IMG/VR virus record: IMGVR_UViG_3300009514_000374
Coordinates: 32,001-96,000 of that record
DNA: 64,000 nt
Reading direction: 5' to 3' (one strand)
Source of the DNA: a virus
Under the pieces are notes generated by a model. It searched no databases. It saw nothing but the letters and a program-made list of their open reading frames with translations, and was not told the origin of the DNA. Both the position numbers and the translations under genes were made by a program. Below are positions 38,316 to 46,951 of the stretch, one piece after another (within the stretch, counting starts at the first letter, position 1; the number at the start of each line of letters is the position of its first letter).

Positions 38316-39734
38316 GTGAGCCTCGACACCAAGTATCGCCCTCTTACCTACGACGACGTACTCGGCCAAGAAGGCACGATCAAGGTCTGCCGAGAATTCG
38401 TAAAGACCGGAGCGGGCTTCCAACAATCCTATCTGTTCGGCGGCCCTTGGGGTTCAGGCAAGACGACGCTCGGCCGTATCCTCGCCCGCGCGCTCTTGTG
38501 TGAGAACCCCAAGGATGGCAACCCCTGCGACGAGTGCCACTCGTGCAAGGCCATCTTGGAAACCGGCACCGTCGAGGCGTTCGTAGAGGTCGATGCCGCG
38601 ACGAACAGCGGCAAGGCCGACGTAGCGAAGATCGTTGAGGACATCGAATTCGGGACGTTCTCCGGCAATCGTCGGATCTATTTGTGGGACGAGTGCCATG
38701 AGCTTTCCCGCTCGGCGATGGACGCGATGCTCCTGCCATTGGAGGAATGTGTTTCAGGGTCGCAGAACAAGAAGCTGATCTGTATTTTCTGCACCACGGA
38801 GCCCGAGAAGATGCGACCCGCGATCCTGTCGCGTTGCGCCCCGGCCTTTCTGATCCGGCCCGTCGAGCCCGAGGTCATCGCCAAGCGGCTCGCCCACATT
38901 TGCACACAAGAAGGGATCTCCTACGAGGACGAAAGCGTGCTTGCGCTTATCGCGGAGGCTACGGAGTGCCACATCAGGGACGCCCTCAAGGCTGTCGAGG
39001 GTATCGCCATGCTCGGAGGGGTGACCCGCGAGAACGTGGTGAGCTACCTTCACATGGACGCCAACGCGCTCTATCTGGATGTGCTCGCGGCGATCGGCCG
39101 CGACCTCCCGGCAGCCATGGAGTCGGCTGAAAATTTGCTGGCGAAGGTTTCACCTTCCACCGCGTACTCTGAAATTTCCAACCTGGCAATTTTGGGGTAT
39201 CGGGTCGGAAATTTGAAAGTAGGAAATCCGCCTTCGTTTGTAGATCGAGAACGGCTGATCGATGTCGCAAACAATCACGGCGAGTTTATGGTCGAAATTG
39301 CATCGCGCTTGGCGAGCCATCCGAGTCGCGCGTCGGCTTCGATGTTCCTTTGCGACCTTGCGGTTCTGCACCAATTGAAGACAGGTACAGTGTCCTCGGT
39401 AATTCGCACTGCGACGCCACTTGCGGTACAACCTCCGGTGTTGGATCCGGCGCCGGTTTCGGAACCGGCGCCAGTGAAAGGGGATGCCTCAAGCGGATCT
39501 TCGGATCGCCCGGTAGAAGATCCGGGTAGTGTGGGGTCGGAGCCGTATCTAACCTCGACGGGTGTTTGGATTGAACCTCACGGACAACGAAGCCAGAGTG
39601 TACGACGAGACACAGGTAGCGGACCCCCCGCTCTTTCCGTTGAGCAATTCTCCGAGAGCCTTGATCGCCACCTCCAAGAGCACGAACACGAGCATGGTCG
39701 ATCTTCGGGATGGAACAACGTGGGTAGCACTTGA
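38316..39734 (+). CDS. dnaX: DNA polymerase III gamma/tau subunit
   Basis: KYRP, GPWGSGKT, Zn module, EVDAA, DECH, LEE, TTEP, ILSRC. Confidence 0.92.
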   Translation: MSLDTKYRPLTYDDVLGQEGTIKVCREFVKTGAGFQQSYLFGGPWGSGKTTLGRILARALLCENPKDGNPCDECHSCKAILETGTVEAFVEVDAATNSGKADVAKIVEDIEFGTFSGNRRIYLWDECHELSRSAMDAMLLPLEECVSGSQNKKLICIFCTTEPEKMRPAILSRCAPAFLIRPVEPEVIAKRLAHICTQEGISYEDESVLALIAEATECHIRDALKAVEGIAMLGGVTRENVVSYLHMDANALYLDVLAAIGRDLPAAMESAENLLAKVSPSTAYSEISNLAILGYRVGNLKVGNPPSFVDRERLIDVANNHGEFMVEIASRLASHPSRASASMFLCDLAVLHQLKTGTVSSVIRTATPLAVQPPVLDPAPVSEPAPVKGDASSGSSDRPVEDPGSVGSEPYLTSTGVWIEPHGQRSQSVRRDTGSGPPALSVEQFSESLDRHLQEHEHEHGRSSGWNNVGST

Positions 39735-40248
39735 GCTAACCCGACAAGGAGAACAGAAGGTCGAGGACGGCACGCTGGCGACGGAGCTACGGAGCATCCT
39801 GAGCGTAGACCCTGATTGGCCGATCTTCATCCCGGCGCGCGTTTACCATCGAGGGGGCCGTCGAATTACGGTGCATCTGATGGAGGGTTACGCCTTTGTC
39901 GCTTCCGGGCTCAACGAGGTTGACTACTTTCGGCTGGAGGCCGACAACAACAAATTCGTTTCCAGAATAATGACCGCCAGCAGCCCTGGCGGTCTACGTG
40001 TTTTGAAAACCATCCCTGACCGCCAGATCCAAACGCTGCGCCGTCAGCTTGTCGAGGAAATCTCGTCGGACATTGTGACCGGACTCCAGGTCCGTGTAGC
40101 CGAGGGTAAGTACAAAGGGCTCGATGGGCTTGTGCTTGGAGTTGACGACGAATACGCTTTCGTCAAGATTGAGCTTCGGTCATTGAAAATCGTCGCTAAG
40201 ATCCCTAGGATCCTGCTCGTCGGGGACGACGAATCCTTCGCAAACTAG
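39694..40248 (+). CDS. nusG: NusG-family transcription factor (NGN + KOW)
   Basis: IFIP, LMEGYAFV, G..V.V..GKYKG.DG.V KOW. Confidence 0.75.
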   Translation: MVDLRDGTTWVALELTRQGEQKVEDGTLATELRSILSVDPDWPIFIPARVYHRGGRRITVHLMEGYAFVASGLNEVDYFRLEADNNKFVSRIMTASSPGGLRVLKTIPDRQIQTLRRQLVEEISSDIVTGLQVRVAEGKYKGLDGLVLGVDDEYAFVKIELRSLKIVAKIPRILLVGDDESFAN

Positions 40249-40860
40249 ATGGCTACCCGTTGGACAGACTGCCGGACCATCGACCCGGTTGAGTTAGAGA
40301 CTCGGTTCTCCACCGAGGACTCGATCGCGTTTATCAGGGACATCGTGAACGACGAGCCGAGCGAGGAATCGCTCAGGTCGCTGGAACGGATCCGCGAGAT
40401 CATGGAGCACTTGCCCAAGCGCGAGGCTGATTTCGTTGACCTGTACTTTTTCCGGCATCTCAAGCAGACCGACATCGCGGGCATTTTCCGGGTGAGTCAG
40501 CCGACCGTCTGCTACCGGCTCAAGCGTGCGACCCTTCGCATCCAATTCATGCTGTCGCTCCCCGACCTGACGCTTGATCAGATCCGCGATGCGATGTGCG
40601 GGTTCCTGTCGGATCCGCTCGATGTGGAGATCATGGTGCTCATGTACACGACCACCTGCCAGTCCGAGGTCGCTAAGCGGCTCGGTGTAACGCAGGGGCT
40701 CGTGAGGCACCGTTTCATGCGGGCCACGCAGCGGATGCTGAAAAACGAGGCGATGGAGGTCTACGCGACCGTGTTCGATGCGATCTCCAAGAACCTGAAC
40801 ATTCTCCGTGAGGTCCAGCGGCCAGCGTGGGATGCGCAGGTCGCTTGCGTCGTGGACTAG
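40249..40860 (+). CDS. protein with two tandem sigma70 region-4 HTH domains
   Basis: LPKRE..V.LYF...KQTDIA.IF.VSQPTV..RL.RA and QSEVAKRLGVTQGLV..R. Confidence 0.75.
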   Translation: MATRWTDCRTIDPVELETRFSTEDSIAFIRDIVNDEPSEESLRSLERIREIMEHLPKREADFVDLYFFRHLKQTDIAGIFRVSQPTVCYRLKRATLRIQFMLSLPDLTLDQIRDAMCGFLSDPLDVEIMVLMYTTTCQSEVAKRLGVTQGLVRHRFMRATQRMLKNEAMEVYATVFDAISKNLNILREVQRPAWDAQVACVVD

Positions 40861-40989
40861 GTTTCGGAGCCCGGCCCGCCGTCGTAAGGGTCACGTCCAG
40901 CGGGATGACCCTTGTTTAGTCAGCTTGGGGGAGAGCGCCGACCGGCAACGGCGGCTGGCTCACTAACAGGTGAGTGCCCGCGAGGACCA

Positions 40990-41030
40990 CGAAAGCCCCC
41001 TGATTGACTACCAGGGGGCTTTCGCGTTTG
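40990..41030 (+). terminator. intrinsic terminator closing the replication operon
   Basis: 13-bp stem cgaaagccccctg/cagggggctttcg followed by cgtttg. Confidence 0.75.
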
Positions 41031-41035
41031 CGCGG

Positions 41036-41047
41036 TAGCCGTCCTAT
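41036..41047 (+). promoter_or_regulatory. candidate late promoter TA-N6-CTAT
   Basis: TAGCCGTCCTAT just after the terminator, 27 nt before ATG 41075. Confidence 0.55.
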
Positions 41048-41074
41048 CCTGCTGATCGGTAGGAGACTTTGCCG

Positions 41075-41842
41075 ATGAAAAAACTGGCCGCCACTGCACT
41101 GGTTGTCGGGCTTGCGCTGCCCGCTACTGCCTGCAAACCCAAGAAGGGCACTGCCCACCCGGAGGACTACTACCCGTTGATCCTCGTTGCCCTGGAGAGC
41201 GGAAAAACCGCTGCCATGATTGGGCGCAACGAGGCGATCAGCAAGGAGAATTTCGCGGGCTGCGTCACGTCTGAGGTTCTGATCTCGGCGACAGGGGCTT
41301 CGATGGAAGCCCTGTCCGGCAAGCTCGGAGGGACGGTCGTGATCCCCGGCATCGACGTGGACCTGTCTGAGTGTATGCCCTTCAATCCCAAGGATCCGAA
41401 GGGCAACGACGACGTGGGCGTGATCGTGGAGCAGGCCGTTGGCGTCGCTCTCGGGCTCGGAGCCCACTATGCGACCAAGCTGGAGGCCACGGACTGCAAG
41501 AAATCCAAGGCGGCGATGGGTGCCATCGCGTACCTCCAGAGCCTCGTGGGACCTGTTGCGGCTGAGATCGCCGAACCCGATGGGGTGTTCACGGTGCCTT
41601 CGCTCACCATCGATCTTGGCGAGTGCGGCGGCGGGGAGCCTCCGGCCGACGACGGATCCGATTCGACTGAGGACGCTCCGGCGGACGCTCCGGCGGACGC
41701 TCCGGCTGAGCCCCCGGCCGAGGACAAGACCGAAGCTCCCGCCGAGGACAAACCCGCCGAGGACAAACCAGCCGAACCGGCTGCGGAAGGTGACTCGACC
41801 GAGGAAGCCAAGCCCGCCGAGGGCGAAGGCGACGGCGGCTAG
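41075..41842 (+). CDS. lipoprotein with acidic Pro/Ala/Glu/Asp tail
   Basis: MKK + hydrophobic stretch + ATAC lipobox; AGGAG RBS. Confidence 0.8.
   Translation: MKKLAATALVVGLALPATACKPKKGTAHPEDYYPLILVALESGKTAAMIGRNEAISKENFAGCVTSEVLISATGASMEALSGKLGGTVVIPGIDVDLSECMPFNPKDPKGNDDVGVIVEQAVGVALGLGAHYATKLEATDCKKSKAAMGAIAYLQSLVGPVAAEIAEPDGVFTVPSLTIDLGECGGGEPPADDGSDSTEDAPADAPADAPAEPPAEDKTEAPAEDKPAEDKPAEPAAEGDSTEEAKPAEGEGDGG
41671..41706 (+). repeat. 3 x 12-bp tandem repeat (DAPA)
   Basis: ggacgctccggc x3. Confidence 0.9.
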
Positions 41843-41857
41843 AACGCGCGTCACGCG

Positions 41858-41902
41858 ACAAAGGGCCAGATCTCGCTTCTAGCGGGGTCTGGCCTTTGTT
41901 TT
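41858..41902 (+). terminator. intrinsic terminator
   Basis: Long stem acaaagggccagatctcgct/agcggggtctggcctttgt followed by a T-run. Confidence 0.8.
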
Positions 41903-41913
41903 GGGCTGTTCGC

Positions 41914-41925
41914 TATTCCGGCTAT
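41914..41925 (+). promoter_or_regulatory. candidate late promoter TA-N6-CTAT
   Basis: TATTCCGGCTAT after the terminator, 25 nt before ATG 41951. Confidence 0.55.
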
Positions 41926-41950
41926 GCCCTGCCCCGATTGAGGCTTACCT

Positions 41951-42259
41951 ATGCCGTCGAAGCCCTCAGAACGCCGCGTGATCATGGCGAAAAAGGTTGC
42001 CGCCGATTGGCTGGCTAACAACGCCTCGGCCGAATACCGTTTCCGTGTCTACCACAACGCGGACGCGGGGGTATTCGTGAACCTGCTTCGGGGCTTCCGT
42101 GACAACCGGGTAAAGCTCGCGGGCGTAGATCCGATTCCTGACCTTGGGCTCAAGAACGAGGTCAGTGGCTTCACCATTTGGTCGTCGGACTGGTCGGCAC
42201 TCCAATCACTCAAGACCTTCTTGGAAAAGAGGGGCATGGATACGTCGTGGATTTGGTGA
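41951..42259 (+). CDS. hypothetical protein with KKVAADW tag
   Basis: First ORF of the late operon. Confidence 0.65.
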   Translation: MPSKPSERRVIMAKKVAADWLANNASAEYRFRVYHNADAGVFVNLLRGFRDNRVKLAGVDPIPDLGLKNEVSGFTIWSSDWSALQSLKTFLEKRGMDTSWIW

Positions 42260-42262
42260 CCG

Positions 42263-42691
42263 ATGGCCTTGACTCTGATCGAATCCGCGTTCACCTACCG
42301 CTCCGAATTTGGAGGGGAGATCTGGCAATTCACTGTCGTCAACAACCAGAACGCAACGCAAGGTATCCGCGAGATCATCGGACCCTTCGGGCTCGTCCGT
42401 GACACGCAGACGCAGATCCCCGGCTTCGTTCTTGACGACCAATCAACTGCCATCGGGCAGGTGGAGAATCTCTTGGCACAAACATCAGCGGTAAACGGCA
42501 TCCTGACCTTCGCGGGTGAAACGTCCAAGACAGTTACGTTCTCCACCCCCATGGTCAACACGAACTACAGGGTGATCCTCAGTGTCGGGGATTTCGTGCC
42601 CTTCCGAATCCAATTCAAGAGCCTCACGCAGTTTGTGGTCGAGGCGGGCATCACCTTCACCGGCACAGTCGGCTTCGACGTGTTCGTATAG
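42263..42691 (+). CDS. virion structural protein (fibre-tip-like C-terminus)
   Basis: VTFSTPM..TNY.V beta-sandwich pattern shared with the end of 43456-45108. Confidence 0.55.
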   Translation: MALTLIESAFTYRSEFGGEIWQFTVVNNQNATQGIREIIGPFGLVRDTQTQIPGFVLDDQSTAIGQVENLLAQTSAVNGILTFAGETSKTVTFSTPMVNTNYRVILSVGDFVPFRIQFKSLTQFVVEAGITFTGTVGFDVFV

Positions 42692-42699
42692 GAGACACC

Positions 42700-43446
42700 A
42701 TGAGCCTACGCAACGATTTGATCCGACTCGCCCACGTTGACCCCGAGATCCGTGAGGCCGTCATGCCCATGCTCAGCAAGCAGGCTTTCGACACCGACCA
42801 GGAGCGGCTGCTCGACGCGATCGTTCTAGCTGCGGAGAACGAGGGCCGGTTCTACGACAAACGCGATGCCAAGGGGGCGGTGGACGCCGCGTGGAAAACC
42901 CATCGCAAGGCGACCATCGAAGATTTCGACCACGATTTCAACGCGATCAAAAAAGAGGCCATCAAACAGGTCCGTAAATCGTGGGGGCGTAAGCCCAAGA
43001 AGGCCACTCTCCATTCCAAGCTCGTCCGCCTTGCCCACGCGCAGCCCGAGCTACGCGACGTTCTGATGCCACTGCTCGTTGCGCCGACTCTCACGTTCGG
43101 CAAGGCTGCGGCGGAGCAACGGCCACGCCCCTACGCGGACGAGGATTCGGTGGTTGAGCGGTTGCACGCGGAGCTTTACAAGCTCGCAGAGCAACATCGC
43201 CTTGGTAACGGCCGAGCCCCGGATGGCACGGGAGCCCTGGAGTACCAGATCCGGTTCCTGCGAGCGTCTTCGCACCGTTCGCTTCCCTGGATCTACGACC
43301 ACATTATCCACACGGCCAACTCTGCGATGGCGCAGTCCCCTGTGTTGGAGCCGGTCGCCAAAAAGGTGATCAAAGAAGCCGAAGCTCGGGCGAAGGAATG
43401 GGCCGAGCGCGACCTCGCCCGCCGAACAAAGCGGACGCACGCATAG
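42700..43446 (+). CDS. protein with two LIRLAH-type tags
   Basis: MSLRNDLIRLAHVDPEIREAVMPML and TLHSKLVRLAHAQPELRDVLMPLL. Confidence 0.8.
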   Translation: MSLRNDLIRLAHVDPEIREAVMPMLSKQAFDTDQERLLDAIVLAAENEGRFYDKRDAKGAVDAAWKTHRKATIEDFDHDFNAIKKEAIKQVRKSWGRKPKKATLHSKLVRLAHAQPELRDVLMPLLVAPTLTFGKAAAEQRPRPYADEDSVVERLHAELYKLAEQHRLGNGRAPDGTGALEYQIRFLRASSHRSLPWIYDHIIHTANSAMAQSPVLEPVAKKVIKEAEARAKEWAERDLARRTKRTHA

Positions 43447-43455
43447 AGGTAACAG

Positions 43456-45108
43456 ATGGCGCAACCACCATACCAAGTAGACGCCCTAGAGATCGTTGGC
43501 GATAGCGGCCTCGGGTCGCGCCTGATCGAGTCGGGTGCGACGGATGGGACGTTGCGTTTCACCGATACCAAGGTCACCTCCCTTGCGCTGTACGAGCTTA
43601 CCGGGCTCCAGCAAATTGGCGGCGTCATTGTTCTCGGCAAGAGCGGTTCGGGTCGAACCAAGGACGTGGAAGGTAACGAGATCGACACCTTCCAAAAGGC
43701 GTTCGATGCTGTCCCCACGTCGGCAAGCGCAACGAGCCCTTGGGTCGTGCTTGCGATGTCTGGCGTCTACACCGAGGACGTGTTGCTGGAGAAGGATGGC
43801 GTCGAGGTCTTGGGCTTCGGCAACGTCGTCCTGACCAACGCTACGCCGGGTGCCCATACGCTCACGATCGTGGAAGGCCCCTTCTCGGTCCCCAAGCGGG
43901 TTCGTTTCCGTGGGGTTCGCATCGAGAACACGAGCGCTACCGAGGCGTGTGTGCGTCTCACGTCGGCCCTGTTCGCTACAGGCACGGTGACGGTTGCCAC
44001 GGTCCCGTTCGTCGGAGACACGTTCACCGTCTCGGCTACGACGCTCACGGCGGTTGCCAACGGGACGACCCCGGTGGTCGGCGAGTTTGAGCTTGGGACG
44101 GACACGGCCTCTACGGCTGTGAACCTGGCGGCTGCACTCAACGACCCGTTGAATGGCCTGACGACGACCATTCAGGCGTTCGTAGTGGGCAGCGTCGTGA
44201 CGCTCAAGGCGTTCACGCCGGGGCTTGTGGGGAACGCGATTACCATAGCGACCTCTGTGCCCATCGTTCTCGTCCTGTCGGGAGCTTCCCTGGCGGGTGG
44301 GCTCGATTCGGCAGCGGGCTCGACCCTGGCCGATGATCGGATCGATTTCGACGGTTGCGACCTCGTGGCGTCTGGCGTGACCGGGTTCCAGATGATCGCT
44401 GAGTCGGTCAACAACATCTCCATCGTCGGTGGGAATTCAGCCGGGTCAAGTTCCGGCTCGGCCATTCGGGTCCGTGAGTGTGCGAGCTTTGAGGCCAAGG
44501 ATGTCGAGAACCTGGAGATCCTTGACCTGCGGTACGACACCGTGGGCGGAGGGCCGATCCCGAGCGTTGCCACGTCGAGCTACGTGCTGGACGAGCTTTC
44601 GGCCGGCGGCACCCTGACCGGCGCTTTCGACGGTGGCGTGGGCAGCCTGACCATCACAGGGGGCACCTATGCGGGCACCTTGACCTGTACGACTACGGGC
44701 GGAGAGGCTCTTGTAACGACGGGAGGCGCGAGCTTTGGGGCTGTGACCCTGGCGGGCTCCGGCCCCGCGAGCCTCAACCACGTCGCCTGTCCTGGCGTGC
44801 TGACGGTTGGAGGCACGGTTGCTGCCGTGTCGAGGAATTCGGCATGGGGTAGCTTTTTGGGCGCCGGGACGCTCGACATCGACGTGTTTCAGATGTCCGT
44901 GCCGTTTGTGGCCGTCGCTTCGGTGCCTGTTGTGTTCCCGGTGGCACAGCCCGACACGGCCTATCACGTCTACCTCGATTCTGGCCTTGGGGCAGCCGCA
45001 GCTATCACCGATGTGCCGGGAACGTCAGCACGGACGACAGCCGGCTTCTCGCTTGATTTCGGTGCGGCCCAAACAACGACGGTGGGCGTCACCGTGCGGA
45101 GGATCTAA
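43456..45108 (+). CDS. virion fibre/structural protein (beta-helix-like)
   Basis: Gly/Thr/Ala/Val-rich; FQKA.D...GVYTE start; TA.NLAAALN module. Confidence 0.65.
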   Translation: MAQPPYQVDALEIVGDSGLGSRLIESGATDGTLRFTDTKVTSLALYELTGLQQIGGVIVLGKSGSGRTKDVEGNEIDTFQKAFDAVPTSASATSPWVVLAMSGVYTEDVLLEKDGVEVLGFGNVVLTNATPGAHTLTIVEGPFSVPKRVRFRGVRIENTSATEACVRLTSALFATGTVTVATVPFVGDTFTVSATTLTAVANGTTPVVGEFELGTDTASTAVNLAAALNDPLNGLTTTIQAFVVGSVVTLKAFTPGLVGNAITIATSVPIVLVLSGASLAGGLDSAAGSTLADDRIDFDGCDLVASGVTGFQMIAESVNNISIVGGNSAGSSSGSAIRVRECASFEAKDVENLEILDLRYDTVGGGPIPSVATSSYVLDELSAGGTLTGAFDGGVGSLTITGGTYAGTLTCTTTGGEALVTTGGASFGAVTLAGSGPASLNHVACPGVLTVGGTVAAVSRNSAWGSFLGAGTLDIDVFQMSVPFVAVASVPVVFPVAQPDTAYHVYLDSGLGAAAAITDVPGTSARTTAGFSLDFGAAQTTTVGVTVRRI

Positions 45109-45683
45109 TGAGCGGACAAGACGATTTCTGGAGCGACCTGAGCCTGAGCCCCTTCACGGGGCCAACCTCGATGGATCACCATCTGTCGGAGGATACGATC
45201 GGTGGCCCTAAGTTCTCCTCGCTGCAAGACCTGACCGACCGAGGACGGGATGCGAATGGGCTGGACCTTGGGGTTCCCGCTGGCACGCGCGTTGTGGCCG
45301 TCACGAACATCGGTTCGGTCCTGACACACCCCGATCTCCCCGAGCCTGACGTGGAGGGCACGGTCGTCACGGTGCGCACGGCTCAGGGCGACCTGACCAG
45401 TCTCAACGACGAGGTTTTCGTCAAGTGGGACGACGGTAAGCTCCGCGCCATCCACAGACATTTCCTGCGTCGTGCAAAGACGAGTCGCAAGCGCGCGTCG
45501 GCGTTTTGCGTTCGCGCCAGCGGCATCGGAGACATCAGCCAGTTTTTCACTCGTGCGAACGATGGGAAGGCGAACGACCTCGTTCACAAGAGCACGAAAG
45601 ACCTGTGGAGCTTTGAGCAGAGCGACGACGGGATCGTGATTTCTCGTCTGTTCGATGACACCGGGGAACCCTTGAAAGGCTAG
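45108..45683 (+). CDS. hypothetical virion-associated protein
   Basis: SH3-like GTRV...GTV...VFVKWDDG, then a KRA junction. Confidence 0.65.
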   Translation: MSGQDDFWSDLSLSPFTGPTSMDHHLSEDTIGGPKFSSLQDLTDRGRDANGLDLGVPAGTRVVAVTNIGSVLTHPDLPEPDVEGTVVTVRTAQGDLTSLNDEVFVKWDDGKLRAIHRHFLRRAKTSRKRASAFCVRASGIGDISQFFTRANDGKANDLVHKSTKDLWSFEQSDDGIVISRLFDDTGEPLKG

Positions 45684-45685
45684 CC

Positions 45686-46951
45686 GTGAACATCGGCAAT
45701 CCACTTAGCTGGTCCCTTGAGGGGATGAATGCCCGCAACTTGCGGCCGGGGGATCCTCGTATCTCGTGGATGTACTACGACGACGACAATTGGGAGTTTG
45801 AGGCGCACGCGGAACGAAACGAGCGCGAAGATCGTCGTCTGATCGGGTTCCACCTATTCGTGCGGCCAAAGGGTGCTGATCTTGACGAGCGGAAACGGAT
45901 CAAATTCGATCTCCCCAACGAGCGCACTGTGGCGCGTACCGCTGAACAGTGGCTTCGCCAACACGGGCGCACTGCTAAGGCGCCCAAGGTACCAAAGCCA
46001 ACCAAGAGGCTGACACCCAAGGCCCCTCCGAAAGCCAAGCCCGCCAAGGCGCCCAAGGCCCCGAAGCCCAAGAAGGCGCCTTCTCCCGTGCAAAAAGCTG
46101 TGCGCACGGTTCAAAAGGGCGTTCGGCAGTTTGAACGGGGGCGGTCTAAATCACCAGCGGCGAAGGGGATCCGCACCCTCACACAGCTTGGGGAGCGTGC
46201 GCACGGTTTGCTGATGCAGCACAAGGGAGACACGGATCTCTCTATAGGAAACCCCCGTACAGGAGCGCCAATGACGCAAATCGATCCATCTCGGCTCGCC
46301 GAACGCCATGAATGGCGGGAATTGGCGCGTGAAGCGGAGCCTTTGCTCTCCGAAGCCAAGGCGATTCTCAAGGCCGAGGGTCGAATCAAGGCCGCGAATC
46401 GGATCAAACTCGCTGGCGAGGTCATTTTCAAAAAGGATCGCGGAGGCGACAAGGACCAGTGGGCCTACGCCGACGTGGCCCCGTCCGAGCGCATGGTGCC
46501 CGGCGATTTCAATTTCTCGCCCAAGAACGCCAAGCCGCTCGCCAAAGTGCTTCGCGCGAGCCTGGCCGCGCTCGGGCATGTTCTGTCGGCGTACCACACC
46601 TTCGCCAAGATCAAGAGTGCGCGGGTAAGCCCTGACGGTAACCTCGGCGGCAAGGGCTACATCCAGAAAATCGCCGACATGCGGCGACAGTACATGAATG
46701 TCGTGGAAGCGTTGTCGGCTCTGACCGACACGATCTACGACGAGGTTCACGCCCCACATTGGGCTGCGGTTTCTCGCCAAGAGGACCCGCAGGACGCGGC
46801 TCAGGTGAAGGAGATGCTCGGCGACGCCGAGGAAATCCGTGAGGATCCCGAAGGGTGGGCCAAGGATCAGATCAAAGACGAATTCGGTGACGACCAAGGT
46901 GCAAAGAAAACTGCGTCCTTGGAAGCCGCCTATTGGGAAGGTGTCGTATGA
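45686..46951 (+). CDS. multidomain hypothetical protein with Lys/Pro/Ala linker
   Basis: KAPK repeats; internal AGGAG-ATG at 46271. Confidence 0.65.
   Translation: MNIGNPLSWSLEGMNARNLRPGDPRISWMYYDDDNWEFEAHAERNEREDRRLIGFHLFVRPKGADLDERKRIKFDLPNERTVARTAEQWLRQHGRTAKAPKVPKPTKRLTPKAPPKAKPAKAPKAPKPKKAPSPVQKAVRTVQKGVRQFERGRSKSPAAKGIRTLTQLGERAHGLLMQHKGDTDLSIGNPRTGAPMTQIDPSRLAERHEWRELAREAEPLLSEAKAILKAEGRIKAANRIKLAGEVIFKKDRGGDKDQWAYADVAPSERMVPGDFNFSPKNAKPLAKVLRASLAALGHVLSAYHTFAKIKSARVSPDGNLGGKGYIQKIADMRRQYMNVVEALSALTDTIYDEVHAPHWAAVSRQEDPQDAAQVKEMLGDAEEIREDPEGWAKDQIKDEFGDDQGAKKTASLEAAYWEGVV

Noticed and set aside
40914-40975. tRNA D-arm-like text (tagtcagcttgggggagagcgcc)
   Set aside because: No T-arm GTTC motif, acceptor stem or CCA; not called a tRNA
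40985-41015. GAAA plus CTGATTGA resembling a hammerhead core
   Set aside because: Stem order does not fit; explained by the terminator hairpin
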